Virus record (IMG/VR): IMGVR_UViG_3300020438_000014
Coordinates: 1 to 64,000 of that record
Reading direction: 5' to 3' (one strand)
Origin: a virus
Length of the DNA stretch: 64,000 nucleotides
Shown here in pieces: positions 53,391 through 63,958 of this stretch (position 1 is its first letter; each line of letters opens with the position of its first letter). The notes under the pieces are model-generated. The model was not told the origin of the DNA, made no database searches, and saw nothing but the letters and a program-made list of their open reading frames with translations. The translations under genes and the position numbers were made by a program.

Positions 53391-55409
53391 TTATCTGACT
53401 GCGTGAGTATGAATTTTATAATTTGCAGGGGTATTTGCTCCGAATTTAACGAAGTAGCTTTGTTCTGTTACTCCTGAAACCAAGTATGGTATTAAATATT
53501 TGTTTGTTTCTACTGTCGCAGACACAACGGGCGGAACGGAAAAAGGCTCTGGAAACATTATTTCGTGAAGATCTTGCCCCACAACAAGGTCTGTCGCGAA
53601 TGATTGAGTTACGGTTCTATATTGAGAGCTTTTTGCTGGCCGAGCTGTAGTATGAACTATATATGTATCATGTGCAAGAAAAGTTGTAAATAAAAGATTA
53701 AATTCTGACTGAGTGACTCCTGATATCATATGAGGAACAATTGGGGCTCCATGATCGTTTTGTAACCCAATAGATAAAACTGGTGTCGATCCAAATGTTT
53801 TTGGAAAATCAATCTGATAACGATCTTGCCCTCCCATAATTTCAGTAGCAAAAGTAACCGTTTCATCTGACGTGCCCATAACTTGCAGCCACTCTCCTGT
53901 GCAACCAGTTACGAAAAGTCTCTCAAGGTATGAATCTCCTGTTACAGAAAGCTGACCTAGCGCTTCTGTGCTATTTATTGCAAATTTTCCGTCATTTAAA
54001 ATTCTCGCTCTTTCTTGACCTGAAGTTGTAAAAGAAATAAAATCTCCATCTCCGGACTCCCTTATTTTTATTTGAGTTTCATCTCCAGCAGATATCGTTA
54101 TTTGGTTGTCTGTGAAGCGCAAGTATGTATCTTCGTCTTCGTTATGATATAAGTATTCGTTGAGCCCTATATCACCTGTAACCATAAGGTCTCCATAAAT
54201 ATCTACATCCCCAGTAACATTTAAGGTGCCACTTAAATAGGCATCTCCAAATCTTGTGTTATCTCCAGTTTGGGTAAAATCTCCAGTCTGTCGAATATCT
54301 CCTCTAAAAAAAGAATCTCCAACTACCCTGTTGTTGCCTGTGATAAATGTATTTCCAGAAATAGTTACATCTCCGACAAATAAAGAGTCTCCCGAGATGT
54401 GTAAAGTGTGCGTCGGATTCTGAGTGAATGGCCTGCGGAGATCTTTAACTCCTCTAAAATTAAAGTGTTTAATTTTCCATTGATCTGCATTTATTATTTT
54501 TGTTGGAACATATCTGTAGTGAGAGAATCCTGTTGTAAGATAATCTTGAAGAAAAAATTGGTTTCCGCTTGTAGAGGAGGGATAACTGGCGGCGTCAAGT
54601 CCAGATTCTACATGAAGCGTAGTCCAGCTTTCTCCGTTATTTGAACCAAGAACCTTAAAGTCCTCCGCTGCAAAATCTAAATTGTCTGAGGGGAAGATGT
54701 TTATGCCTTTATAGAAAAAAGGTTCTTCAAACTCTATGCCAACCCAAGCCCCTCCCATTTCATAGTGAAGTTCGTCAGGAAATAGGTCATGGTCGTCAAG
54801 AAATGTATCTAAATTATTTTGATGCGCATCTGGTATCATCGCCGCATAATATCCTGAGGGCTGATATACGTTTTTAGACTCTGATTCTGTTGACAGGTTT
54901 ATTTGCTCGCCGCTAAAATCGCTTCCAAAAAGATAAGTCGGCTCTTGAACTCCTCCTCCAAAAGTTATTGATTTCCAGTCTCCGCTTTTAGAAGGTCGAT
55001 TAAAAAAAGACTCGTCAAGCATTTCTCTTCTGGTAAAGTGAAGTCCTACTCCGACCTTTTGGAAAAGACCGCTTTCTCCTACGAATACATTTCCGCTTAT
55101 ATCTCCAGTTTCTGTAATGTCAATAATTTCATTGATGTTTGTTCTGCTTAAAAATGTGGTTACATCTGCGAAGGTTTTTTCTCCGCTAATAAGCTGATCT
55201 CCAGTAAGACAGACAACATTGTCTAATAACGAATTCTTAAAGTCTCCATAGCTTATTTTTTCATTATGAGAGCCAGATCTAGAAATTAAAAGTAAAGCTT
55301 GATCGTCATTGTTTCCGCTTGGTTGGGGAATGTAGCTTGCGGGAACATTTATGTCTGCAAAAAGACGAGAAACCTCTTGCATGTTTGACGTTCTGTTATC
55401 TTTGTTCAT
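53391..55409 (-). CDS. tail-associated structural protein
   Basis: Gly-rich beta repeats, discoidin-like insert, C-terminal FP..F...P modules; start MNKDNR. Confidence 0.65.
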   Translation of the reverse strand: MNKDNRTSNMQEVSRLFADINVPASYIPQPSGNNDDQALLLISRSGSHNEKISYGDFKNSLLDNVVCLTGDQLISGEKTFADVTTFLSRTNINEIIDITETGDISGNVFVGESGLFQKVGVGLHFTRREMLDESFFNRPSKSGDWKSITFGGGVQEPTYLFGSDFSGEQINLSTESESKNVYQPSGYYAAMIPDAHQNNLDTFLDDHDLFPDELHYEMGGAWVGIEFEEPFFYKGINIFPSDNLDFAAEDFKVLGSNNGESWTTLHVESGLDAASYPSSTSGNQFFLQDYLTTGFSHYRYVPTKIINADQWKIKHFNFRGVKDLRRPFTQNPTHTLHISGDSLFVGDVTISGNTFITGNNRVVGDSFFRGDIRQTGDFTQTGDNTRFGDAYLSGTLNVTGDVDIYGDLMVTGDIGLNEYLYHNEDEDTYLRFTDNQITISAGDETQIKIRESGDGDFISFTTSGQERARILNDGKFAINSTEALGQLSVTGDSYLERLFVTGCTGEWLQVMGTSDETVTFATEIMGGQDRYQIDFPKTFGSTPVLSIGLQNDHGAPIVPHMISGVTQSEFNLLFTTFLAHDTYIVHTTARPAKSSQYRTVTQSFATDLVVGQDLHEIMFPEPFSVPPVVSATVETNKYLIPYLVSGVTEQSYFVKFGANTPANYKIHTHAVR

Positions 55410-55410
55410 T

Positions 55411-57129
55411 TCAGTGTTCGTGGTTTGGCTCGCATCTAGAGTATGTTCCTGCAAGGCTTGAGGTTGTGTGTATCTTATAGTCGTTCTTAAGTCGTGTTCC
55501 GAAGGTTATATTGTATCCTTCTGTTGTTATTCCTGAAATAAGATGCGGGAGAAATTTTTCTTCTCCCTCAACTGTAGTGGATACAATTGGCGTCGATTCA
55601 AAGTTAATCGGAAAATTAATCCGATACGAAAAAGATCCAGCGCTAATGGGTTTAGTAAATCTTTGAATTTTATCAAGAAACATTGCTCTTTCATAGCAAT
55701 CTGGGTCCCCCGTAGACATCGCTATAGTGTTTACTTTATAGTTATTGTCTGGAAGGGGGCTTGTAAAATTTATATTAAACTGAGATTCTGTAAGTCCGGA
55801 TATCATGAAAGGTATAATTACACCTCCTTTTTCATGTTTGACCGAAACAGATAAAACTGGAGCGCCATCAAAAGTTTTTGGGAAATTTATTAAATAACTA
55901 TCCTTTCCTTCTCTGAGGGCAGTATTATAGCAAATCGTTTCATCTTCAGGCCCAGGATATACGTGACCCCACTCTCCATATGCGTGGGTATCTACGTGGG
56001 TAATATAAGCATCTCCACTCATCGAAAGCTGAGCAAATGGATCTTCAGCGTTAACTCCAAAACTTCCTGATTTTGTTATGGATATCGCTTCTTCATTCTC
56101 TGCAACGTAAAATCTTATTGACTTTTCTAAATCATTGTCCATTATGATTGACGCAGCTTTGCCTGTTTCCGAGGTCACTCCGCTTACAAGAGGGGCAATG
56201 CCCGACCCTCCTTGCCTCTCCCATAATTCGTGCGCATTATTTGGGTTATATGCGGCGCCGCTCATGAGCATAAGTCCTGATTCTAGGTCTTCAAACCATC
56301 TGATACTTGATTCTTTTGAATTAGACGCTTTTAACTCTATTGAGTCTGGCTCAAATCTTAAAAAAGTGTGCGGCTGACCGATTACGTTGTCTGGAAAAAA
56401 TGTAGTAATACTTTCTTCATCAACTTTTTCAAAAAACTGTTCGTGCGCACGGTCATGATGGCTGAACATGTACTCTCCGAGCCTTATGTCTCCGTAAACT
56501 TTTAGTTCTGAGTGAAAAAAACCGTTTCCTGTTTGAGTTATATTTCCCAATCTTTTGGAGTCTCCCAGTAAATCAAAATCACCTTTTTGAAATTGATCTC
56601 CAATAAAACTTATATCTCCTATATATTCTGAATTTCCATCAAGATGATGTTCCTTGCCATTTCTATAAGCGTCTCCAGTAATTTCTACCGAGCCGTGAAA
56701 AAAAGAATCTCCGTCTATTTCTAGGGTTTTTGTTATATCTGATTCTCTTAAAAAATATTTATCTCCAACGCCTATTTGTTCAAATAAACCTGTCTCTCCG
56801 ACAAAAATATTTCCACTAATATCTCCTTGATGTGTTATGTCAATTATTTCGTTTATTCTTGTAGTACTAAGAAATGTGCATTCATCTACGAAAGTTTTTT
56901 CTCCACTGATTAACTGCTTTCCCGTTAGATATGCAACGTTGTCTGTGAGGGAAAATTTTAAATCTTTATATTTTATTTTTTCATTATGGGAGCCTGACCT
57001 CGCTAGAAGAAATAAAGCGTCCTCGTCCGCATTGAAAGTAACTAAAGCAGAACTTCTGAAGGGATACCCTAATTGATTAGAAGTTAGAGGAAGCGTCTCT
57101 GTGAGGTCTGAAATTCTTTTATTTGGCAT
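55411..57129 (-). CDS. tail-associated structural protein, paralogue of 53391-55409
   Basis: shared RSGSHNEKI, QLISGEKTF, GDISGN.FVGE.GLF; start MPNKRIS. Confidence 0.65.
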   Translation of the reverse strand: MPNKRISDLTETLPLTSNQLGYPFRSSALVTFNADEDALFLLARSGSHNEKIKYKDLKFSLTDNVAYLTGKQLISGEKTFVDECTFLSTTRINEIIDITHQGDISGNIFVGETGLFEQIGVGDKYFLRESDITKTLEIDGDSFFHGSVEITGDAYRNGKEHHLDGNSEYIGDISFIGDQFQKGDFDLLGDSKRLGNITQTGNGFFHSELKVYGDIRLGEYMFSHHDRAHEQFFEKVDEESITTFFPDNVIGQPHTFLRFEPDSIELKASNSKESSIRWFEDLESGLMLMSGAAYNPNNAHELWERQGGSGIAPLVSGVTSETGKAASIIMDNDLEKSIRFYVAENEEAISITKSGSFGVNAEDPFAQLSMSGDAYITHVDTHAYGEWGHVYPGPEDETICYNTALREGKDSYLINFPKTFDGAPVLSVSVKHEKGGVIIPFMISGLTESQFNINFTSPLPDNNYKVNTIAMSTGDPDCYERAMFLDKIQRFTKPISAGSFSYRINFPINFESTPIVSTTVEGEEKFLPHLISGITTEGYNITFGTRLKNDYKIHTTSSLAGTYSRCEPNHEH

Positions 57130-57145
57130 GGCAAGTCTTTTATAA

Positions 57146-57173
57146 ATACACTTAATAAGGCAAAAGTGTGTAA
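57146..57173. promoter_or_regulatory. back-to-back GTGTA late-promoter-like motifs
   Basis: GTGTAT on - (57146-57151) and GTGTAA on + (57168-57173) before divergent ATGs. Confidence 0.55.
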
Positions 57174-57181
57174 TAGGTTTA

Positions 57182-58300
57182 ATGGCTAAATGCACTCCTA
57201 CAAGATTGACCTATGAGCGACTGGGTATTCTGGCGACAGACTTTCCTGGCTACAAGGCAAACGGAACTACATCTGGAAACTTAATAAGAGTACAATCTAT
57301 GGACTATGGGTTCAATCATCCTGCAGTAGATATAAAGTCTATTGGCTCTGACTCTTTTATGCAACAAGATGGAGAGTCTCCTATTATCAGAAACGCTGAT
57401 GTGGAATGCAACATAGAGTATTTATTCTCGAGTGGGGAAAATGAGAAATCATTAGGAATTCATGTTGGTGAAGATGGAAGTATTCTGAAATCTAGGTTTG
57501 ATGCAAATTATTCAAGATCTTCTGATGATATCAACATCATTGCCGTCGCATCAAACGAAGGGCTTCATAGAGACTTGAGTAATGAAATTAACTATTCTGG
57601 ATATCACGTTATTGGAATCGGCAACTGTTTTTTGACAAACTATAATTATACCGCTGCTGTAGGACAACTTCCAAGGGTGTCTGTTTCATTTAAAGGAAGC
57701 AACATGACTTTTGAAACTTATGATCCAGAAGAACTTCCTACCCTGCCGTCAATAAAGCTTGGAATGGATAATCAAAAATCAGAAGAAAAACTAAACTTAA
57801 ATGAAGAAAGTTTTGGGTACGACATTGTTCCTCAAGCAAACGTTATAATGCCTGGAGATATAATGTTAAACATTCAAAAAATGGCGGGAGGATACGGAGG
57901 AATACCATTGGAAGCTGAAGATGCTGCGATTCAGAGCGTTTCGTTAAGCGTTCCTATTGACAGGCAGGATATATATGGATTTGGAAGTAACTATGTTTTT
58001 GATAGAAAATTAAAATTTCCTATTATGGCTGATATGTCAATGGATGTAATTCTTAGAGAATACGATACTGGCTCAATAGAATCTTTTTTTACCGAAGGCG
58101 CCAAGTATAATATGACTATTGATCATACTAACAGATATAAATATAGTGGTCAATATCATGATGTAGTGAATCAATTTGTTATAGAAAATGCGCAACTAAG
58201 AAGTCAATCTTACAAAAAGCAGATCGGTGGGCAAGTAGAAGTATCCACTCAATTTGCAGTAGGAATAAGCTCTTCTGGTGGATTCAAGATTTTGGACTGA
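57182..58300 (+). CDS. tail tube-like protein, paralogue of 58359-59798 (ORF track strand is wrong)
   Basis: plus strand reads ATG GCT AAA TGC at 57182 and TGA at 58298-58300. Confidence 0.75.
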   Translation: MAKCTPTRLTYERLGILATDFPGYKANGTTSGNLIRVQSMDYGFNHPAVDIKSIGSDSFMQQDGESPIIRNADVECNIEYLFSSGENEKSLGIHVGEDGSILKSRFDANYSRSSDDINIIAVASNEGLHRDLSNEINYSGYHVIGIGNCFLTNYNYTAAVGQLPRVSVSFKGSNMTFETYDPEELPTLPSIKLGMDNQKSEEKLNLNEESFGYDIVPQANVIMPGDIMLNIQKMAGGYGGIPLEAEDAAIQSVSLSVPIDRQDIYGFGSNYVFDRKLKFPIMADMSMDVILREYDTGSIESFFTEGAKYNMTIDHTNRYKYSGQYHDVVNQFVIENAQLRSQSYKKQIGGQVEVSTQFAVGISSSGGFKILD

Positions 58301-58304
58301 AGCG

Positions 58305-58336
58305 AAAAAAACCCGCCCCTTTTGGGGCGGGTTTTT
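58305..58336. terminator. bidirectional intrinsic terminator
   Basis: A tract-CCCGCCCC-TTT-GGGGCGGG-T tract between convergent genes. Confidence 0.9.
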
Positions 58337-58358
58337 AAAGTACCTTATAGAGTAATTT

Positions 58359-59798
58359 TTATTGACCAAATGGAGGTGAGCCAAGATCTTTGAAGTCGAA
58401 CTTGTTTGCGTATTCTCCTGTAATTGTCAATGCGTTTCTTGACCCAAGAACCCTTAGTCCTCTTGCATCATCCTCTGGGCCGCCGATTTGAGCGGTAAAG
58501 GTAAGGTCAACTGATTTGTTATCTCCAATGCTTGAGCTAAAGGATTCTCCTTCAAGAAGTGCTCCTTTAACAATGTATTGCATTGCTACATCTCCGGTTC
58601 CATAGCGATCTGGCTCGCGAAGAGTGAAAACCAAGTCGTGCTCTTCTGTGTCCCAAAGAAGATCTGCAATATTGCCTTCTTTTAGGTCTGCCATGATTGC
58701 GCTAACACTAACGCTGATATTTACTGGGTATTCTACTACTCGGCTGTATCCGTATGGTGTTCCAAGTCTGTTGAGAACAGTTCTCGAAAGTGGAACATCA
58801 ATGCTAAAGCTTTGAACGTGTGCCGAACCTGGGGTTGTGTAGTCTTTGGCTGGATCGTCATTAACTCCCTGAGCAAAAGCTCCTGTTGCGATTTCAGATC
58901 CACCTACAGTTTCTCCATGTCCAACAGCGCCTCTTGGGTCACTACCTGGAAGAAGTTCAAATTCGCCAGCTCTTCCGTCTGTACCAAGAGAAAGCGTGAT
59001 GTCTCCAGGACGTAAGCAAGCCCAACCTTCTGTTTCTGCAGAAACGTCTGTAGCGCTATCATTTAGTACGCCACTGACCGCAGGAGGAATGCTGAATTCA
59101 ACATCCTTAATTGGAGTTCCAAAATTTGTGTTTACCGCAGGAACATCAAGATTTTGTGTGCCTGTGTAGCTTCTAAGATTTAAGCCGTCAACAGTAACCG
59201 AAGCTGTTGGCATCGAGCCAACTGAAGCTTCAATAGAGTAGTTGGATACATATCCATTTCCAAGAGCAATAACGCTCTTGTTTTCTTCTGAGTCTGTGTT
59301 TCCTACTGCATCGTGCCCTTCACATGTAGTGAGTATAAAAAAGTTTTTTCCGTCTGCATTTAAGTTTGCGCCGCAAGTTACGCCTCCAACGATTTCATCG
59401 TCAAGAGCGCTTTTGTCTCCGCCAACATGCATTCCTAGAAGTCTTTCATTAACTCCATTTGTGAGATAATAAGAAAAATCAAGAGTAACTGTTGGGGGAT
59501 CAATTGCTACAGCGTCAATTCTTGCAAGTTGGCCAAATTGATTGACGTCTTGCCTGTTAATAGAAAAGCTATAGTTTGCACTTTGAACCCGGCGAAGCTG
59601 TTGCACTCCTGTTCTGACGTTTCCTGCTCCTCCTGCGCCTGCTGCAGCTGCTGCTTGCGTGGCGTAGGATTGATAGTCTGAATCGTCATTCCAGTCAGTA
59701 GCGTTGGCGAAGTGGTGGCCTGTGGCATCCACTGTTCCAACATACAAAGCTTCACTTTGATAAATTACTCTTGCGCGTCCTGGTAATTGTTTTGCCAT
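58359..59798 (-). CDS. probable major tail tube protein
   Basis: beta-rich RVQSANYSF...RQDVNQFGQ; position after neck-like genes. Confidence 0.6.
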   Translation of the reverse strand: MAKQLPGRARVIYQSEALYVGTVDATGHHFANATDWNDDSDYQSYATQAAAAAGAGGAGNVRTGVQQLRRVQSANYSFSINRQDVNQFGQLARIDAVAIDPPTVTLDFSYYLTNGVNERLLGMHVGGDKSALDDEIVGGVTCGANLNADGKNFFILTTCEGHDAVGNTDSEENKSVIALGNGYVSNYSIEASVGSMPTASVTVDGLNLRSYTGTQNLDVPAVNTNFGTPIKDVEFSIPPAVSGVLNDSATDVSAETEGWACLRPGDITLSLGTDGRAGEFELLPGSDPRGAVGHGETVGGSEIATGAFAQGVNDDPAKDYTTPGSAHVQSFSIDVPLSRTVLNRLGTPYGYSRVVEYPVNISVSVSAIMADLKEGNIADLLWDTEEHDLVFTLREPDRYGTGDVAMQYIVKGALLEGESFSSSIGDNKSVDLTFTAQIGGPEDDARGLRVLGSRNALTITGEYANKFDFKDLGSPPFGQ

Positions 59799-59852
59799 AA
59801 TAAATAAGGTTTAATTCTGTTCTGATTACATTTTTTATAAAGAAAAGGGAAG

Positions 59853-60698
59853 TCAAGATCTTGGAAAGCGCAAATTGCTAACTTCAAAATCTATGAATCC
59901 AACGAATAAAGATGGATCAATATTCTGATTTACTCTGTCGCTGAGTTTAGAAGCTCTTACTTGTTCTATGTGAAGAAAGGTTGAGGTTTTTTTGTCAGAC
60001 AAATTTCCGTAATTGAATCCAGTTACATCTCCAAATTCATTGAGCGGATAATCTTCAAAATTTAATTTTTTAAATACTTCATTTTTAGAATCTGCAAAAA
60101 TAGATAATGCTCCATCTAGTTGATAGCTATTTTCTGCAAAAACAACGCATCTTATATTTGTCGTGGTTTTATCTTCTCCTCCGAATGAAAATGGTTCGTT
60201 CTCTGCTAGTTCTGGGTTGATAAAAATTGCAGGAACTACTTGGCTGTATGGAGCAATGCCCGAAGGTTCTTGTTTGAATCTGTTGTTAACATCAAATTTG
60301 CTGTCTATTAATAACTGCTCTTCTGTTTGATTTGTTATATAAAAATTAAAATCTTTTACAGCATACTCACCTGACAGGGTGTGCGAGTCTCCAAAAGATT
60401 GATCAAAAATTACTCTGCCGTTGTCAAAGTCAAACATAAGGCCGTCTTGCCCTCTTGGAATGAATGTTCCGTTTTCATAAACTCCACTTGGTATAACTGC
60501 TCCTTCTACGTCTTCGTCAAAAATCCATTGTTTGTGTGGACTGCTGTAAGAAATATATCCATCGCTAAGTCTTGAGTCTGAGCTGTTTGCATAAAACATT
60601 CCGGTTTGATTGCTGAACGCGTCTGCCCTCGATGATATAAAATTATCCGCCCACAATGTAAAGCTTGTTGTTAGTTCATGTTGAAATTGGGGTTTCAT
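59853..60698 (-). CDS. putative tail completion/neck protein
   Basis: synteny only. Confidence 0.4.
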   Translation of the reverse strand: MKPQFQHELTTSFTLWADNFISSRADAFSNQTGMFYANSSDSRLSDGYISYSSPHKQWIFDEDVEGAVIPSGVYENGTFIPRGQDGLMFDFDNGRVIFDQSFGDSHTLSGEYAVKDFNFYITNQTEEQLLIDSKFDVNNRFKQEPSGIAPYSQVVPAIFINPELAENEPFSFGGEDKTTTNIRCVVFAENSYQLDGALSIFADSKNEVFKKLNFEDYPLNEFGDVTGFNYGNLSDKKTSTFLHIEQVRASKLSDRVNQNIDPSLFVGFIDFEVSNLRFPRS

Positions 60699-61309
60699 TT
60701 TATTTTCATTGCTCCAGTTATGTTATTTAAATTCTTTTCAAATTCTTTGAGCATTGGCTTAAGGTAGGGTATCTTTAATCTCCCCGAGCCTTTTGCGTCC
60801 TTTAATTGTATGCCTGCGCCAGATCTACTAGAGTCGACTCTCTTAAACAAATATTGCCCTAGCCCTGATATTCCCGCGCCTTCTATTTGCTCTAACCAGC
60901 TAGCTCCTTTTGCCCAAGGCATAGGAGAGGCGCTATAAAGTGCCGTCATTTGCGGAGTATTGACGCTAAATGTAGTAAGTAATCCCCTGGTTCCCATAGA
61001 TTGTCTTTTTATTAAAATATTAGTTCCTCTTAATAATTTTTCTATGGGAGCAATGGGATTATAGTCTGCATCAAATCCTATAAATCCAAATACATTACCA
61101 TTTCTAAGTGTCCCTGTTACGTTTGAAGCTCCTGGACCATGCTTTAATTCTCTGGTGAGGGGATGAGATTCAAAGTCTCCCATAAATTTATCAAACGCCA
61201 CTCTGAATTGTTTTTCAACAACAATTCTTGTTTGATTTCTTACTGTCACATCTTTTTTTAGCTGTCTAGTAAGCGCAGCCTTAACAGTTATGTTTGACTT
61301 TCCCTTCAT
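60695..61309 (-). CDS. putative neck/tail completion protein
   Basis: synteny, basic composition. Confidence 0.4.
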   Translation of the reverse strand: MKGKSNITVKAALTRQLKKDVTVRNQTRIVVEKQFRVAFDKFMGDFESHPLTRELKHGPGASNVTGTLRNGNVFGFIGFDADYNPIAPIEKLLRGTNILIKRQSMGTRGLLTTFSVNTPQMTALYSASPMPWAKGASWLEQIEGAGISGLGQYLFKRVDSSRSGAGIQLKDAKGSGRLKIPYLKPMLKEFEKNLNNITGAMKIK

Positions 61310-61767
61310 TGCTCTAGCGGTCTCAGGAAGATTGTATAAAATTGCACTTCGTCAAATAGTCCATGGGCTCTTGCGTCTGAAGCGATATGAAACATTCTTC
61401 CGTCAAGCTCAATTCTTTTTGCTTCTTTAATATAAAGAAAGTCATCTTTTAATAATTTTATTCTTACTAAACTACTTGGATCAACTCTTGTTGTCTTTAT
61501 TTGTGCATCTGTCTCTCCAAAATTTTCTAAAGTTCTGTCTGTGTCATATCGAATTCTTGCTTTAAAAACTTTTCTTTCTGGCACATTTTTTACACTTGGC
61601 GTGGTTTGGCCTGCACTATTATATAAATGATTATAGCTTGGGTCGGTACTAATTACAACTTTTTTAGCTTCTTTATATACAACTATCTCTCTTCCGAATG
61701 TATCGTGAAGATCGAGTAGCTTTGAAGCCAAGTCTCTCCTTTGGGCTTTGTTTAAAAATTCTGCCAT
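61306..61767 (-). CDS. putative head-tail joining protein
   Basis: size, beta pattern, synteny. Confidence 0.45.
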   Translation of the reverse strand: MAEFLNKAQRRDLASKLLDLHDTFGREIVVYKEAKKVVISTDPSYNHLYNSAGQTTPSVKNVPERKVFKARIRYDTDRTLENFGETDAQIKTTRVDPSSLVRIKLLKDDFLYIKEAKRIELDGRMFHIASDARAHGLFDEVQFYTIFLRPLEQ

Positions 61768-61775
61768 GCATACAT

Positions 61776-61802
61776 TTACACTAAACGATTTTTTTTGTGT
61801 AA
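61776..61802. promoter_or_regulatory. back-to-back GTGTAA motifs
   Basis: 61776-61781 on -, 61797-61802 on +. Confidence 0.55.
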
Positions 61803-61824
61803 ATCAAAATAAGGTATAAGGTAC

Positions 61825-62112
61825 ATGGACGCAGAAGACATTCTAAAAAAATGTTGTAATCGGAATACGGTCTCCCTTTTTAAGGGTTTTCTCGTAATGC
61901 TCGAGGATCTACATAAGGAACATCAGATTAATTTTAATAAATTAAAAAAGAATCTGCCTGAAGGTTGTGTGCCTATTATTGAACAAGCCGATTATTTCGA
62001 CAATGATAAATTACAATACTTAAGAAAAAGAACTTTAGATATTGGTAATGAAACAATTAGAAATATTGAATCGGAATTAGATTATTATAGTATAGGGTTC
62101 ACATTTAAATAA
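61825..62112 (+). CDS. hypothetical protein
   Basis: AAGGT upstream, GTGTAA motif. Confidence 0.7.
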   Translation: MDAEDILKKCCNRNTVSLFKGFLVMLEDLHKEHQINFNKLKKNLPEGCVPIIEQADYFDNDKLQYLRKRTLDIGNETIRNIESELDYYSIGFTFK

Positions 62113-62120
62113 AAAATATT

Positions 62121-62930
62121 ATGGCAGAAGCAGCAACAGAAACAATGGATGATACTCGCAAAAAAATGCGAGAAATATATAGCTTTACTTTCGAAAAGGA
62201 AGAAAAGACAAAACAGACCGAAGAAAAGGTCGTCAAGAATGACGAGACAGGAGAAGAAGAAACCGTCTCAGTTACCAAGGACGTGGTAGAACCTGTTCCT
62301 TATAGGGTAATTATGAAACAGCCTACTCGAAGGCAGATCGAAGAGGCAGAGCTTGAGTTTAGCGTAGAAATTAGCAAGTGCATCAAGCGCGGAATTTTAA
62401 CGAAGGCTATGCTTGCGAAAAAGTATAGCGACACAGGTGGGCTTCTGGCCGAAGAAGACGCCAAGGCTCTTACCGAAATGTATATCAAGTACGGAGAGCT
62501 TTCTCAGGAAAGCGAAAAACTTCAAATCAAAAACAAGAAGAGTCAAGCCGACCAAAAGCGAATCGACGAAATCTCTGGGCAAATAGCCTTGTTGAGAAAA
62601 GACATCGTTAATGTCGAAACTTCGTATTCAAATTTATTTAATCATACTGCAGATGTGCGCGCAGAAAATAAGGTGATTCAGTGGTATATTTTACATCTAA
62701 CGTTCATTCAAAAAGAAGATGAGGAAGACAGCTTACCTTTGTTTGCTGGTCAGAATTTTGAGGAACGTCTTAGAACATACTACGAACTTGAGGAAGATGG
62801 CGACGAACTGTATGATATCATTGGCGGAAAAGTTGCTGCTTTGTATAGCTTTTGGTATTACAGTTCGGGCGCCGTCTCCAAGCAAGACTTTGAACAGCTG
62901 GACTCTGACATAGAGGAAGGCAAGGTTTAA
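62121..62930 (+). CDS. putative tail assembly chaperone
   Basis: acidic, helical; precedes a likely long tail gene. Confidence 0.4.
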   Translation: MAEAATETMDDTRKKMREIYSFTFEKEEKTKQTEEKVVKNDETGEEETVSVTKDVVEPVPYRVIMKQPTRRQIEEAELEFSVEISKCIKRGILTKAMLAKKYSDTGGLLAEEDAKALTEMYIKYGELSQESEKLQIKNKKSQADQKRIDEISGQIALLRKDIVNVETSYSNLFNHTADVRAENKVIQWYILHLTFIQKEDEEDSLPLFAGQNFEERLRTYYELEEDGDELYDIIGGKVAALYSFWYYSSGAVSKQDFEQLDSDIEEGKV

Positions 62931-62933
62931 TAT

Positions 62934-63920
62934 GTGGACACTGTCAGGCGAAGAAAAATATTTAGAGATGTAGTCAGAGGATACTCTACTGCAACTCTGG
63001 ATAATGAATTTGTTTACATCAAACATTTAACTCCTCACGATCAGGTAGAACTTGAGGAAATAGAGGAAAAGTATCACAATGACGCCTTGAGAAGAGGCGT
63101 TCCAACTGAGGAGGATATGCTTATCTTTCTAAAAGATGAAGGGCAGTGGAGTGATGAAGACGATAAGTTTATAACAGATAAGCAGTTCTTCATTGAAAGC
63201 TTGAAAACTGCAAAAAATAAAATGGTTCTCAAGCAAGAGATCGATAAGCAGGCTGAACTAATTGAGCAAGAAACCAATGAGCTTGTTCAAAAGCAGGCAC
63301 AAAAAATACAGCTTCTTGGTAATACTTGCGAAAAATATGCCAAAGATAGATTGAATGATTTTTATATGATTAAAAGTTTTTATAAAAATTCTGATTTAAG
63401 TGAAAAGCTTTTTTCTGAAAATGAATTTGATGAACTAGAGCATACTGATATAAAAAAAGTTGTTGTTAAATATAATGAAATATTTGAAGTATTTACCGAA
63501 GAAAGTATACAATATACAATACTAGAAGATTTTTATAGTCCTTATTTAAGTTTTGCTGAAGATAGTATGCAGTTTTATGGAAAACCATTTTGTGAATTGA
63601 CGTACAATCAAGTTAGGTTAATTGTTTATACTAGGGTATTTAAGAATATATTTGATACAAATGAAAATATACCAGAAAGTATGAAAAAAGATCCTGCAAA
63701 ATTATTAGAATTTGGTAGTAGCTCAAAAGAAGAAAGAGATAAAGCTAAAGACAAGCTGTCTCAAGGTGACGCAGGAACTCTCGTTGGAGCAAAAGATGAA
63801 GATTATGAATACCTTGGAGTAGAAAAACCGAGGGGTGGAGTAAGTCTTCATGAGGAGGCCAAAAAGAAGGGCGGCACATTAAATATGGATGATTTAATGA
63901 AATTGCATGGCGTGATATAA
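62934..63920 (+). CDS. putative tail assembly chaperone-like protein
   Basis: acidic coiled-coil, synteny. Confidence 0.4.
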   Translation: MDTVRRRKIFRDVVRGYSTATLDNEFVYIKHLTPHDQVELEEIEEKYHNDALRRGVPTEEDMLIFLKDEGQWSDEDDKFITDKQFFIESLKTAKNKMVLKQEIDKQAELIEQETNELVQKQAQKIQLLGNTCEKYAKDRLNDFYMIKSFYKNSDLSEKLFSENEFDELEHTDIKKVVVKYNEIFEVFTEESIQYTILEDFYSPYLSFAEDSMQFYGKPFCELTYNQVRLIVYTRVFKNIFDTNENIPESMKKDPAKLLEFGSSSKEERDKAKDKLSQGDAGTLVGAKDEDYEYLGVEKPRGGVSLHEEAKKKGGTLNMDDLMKLHGVI

Positions 63921-63958
63921 TTTTGGTGTATTATACCTTATCACAGGAATAAGGTAAA

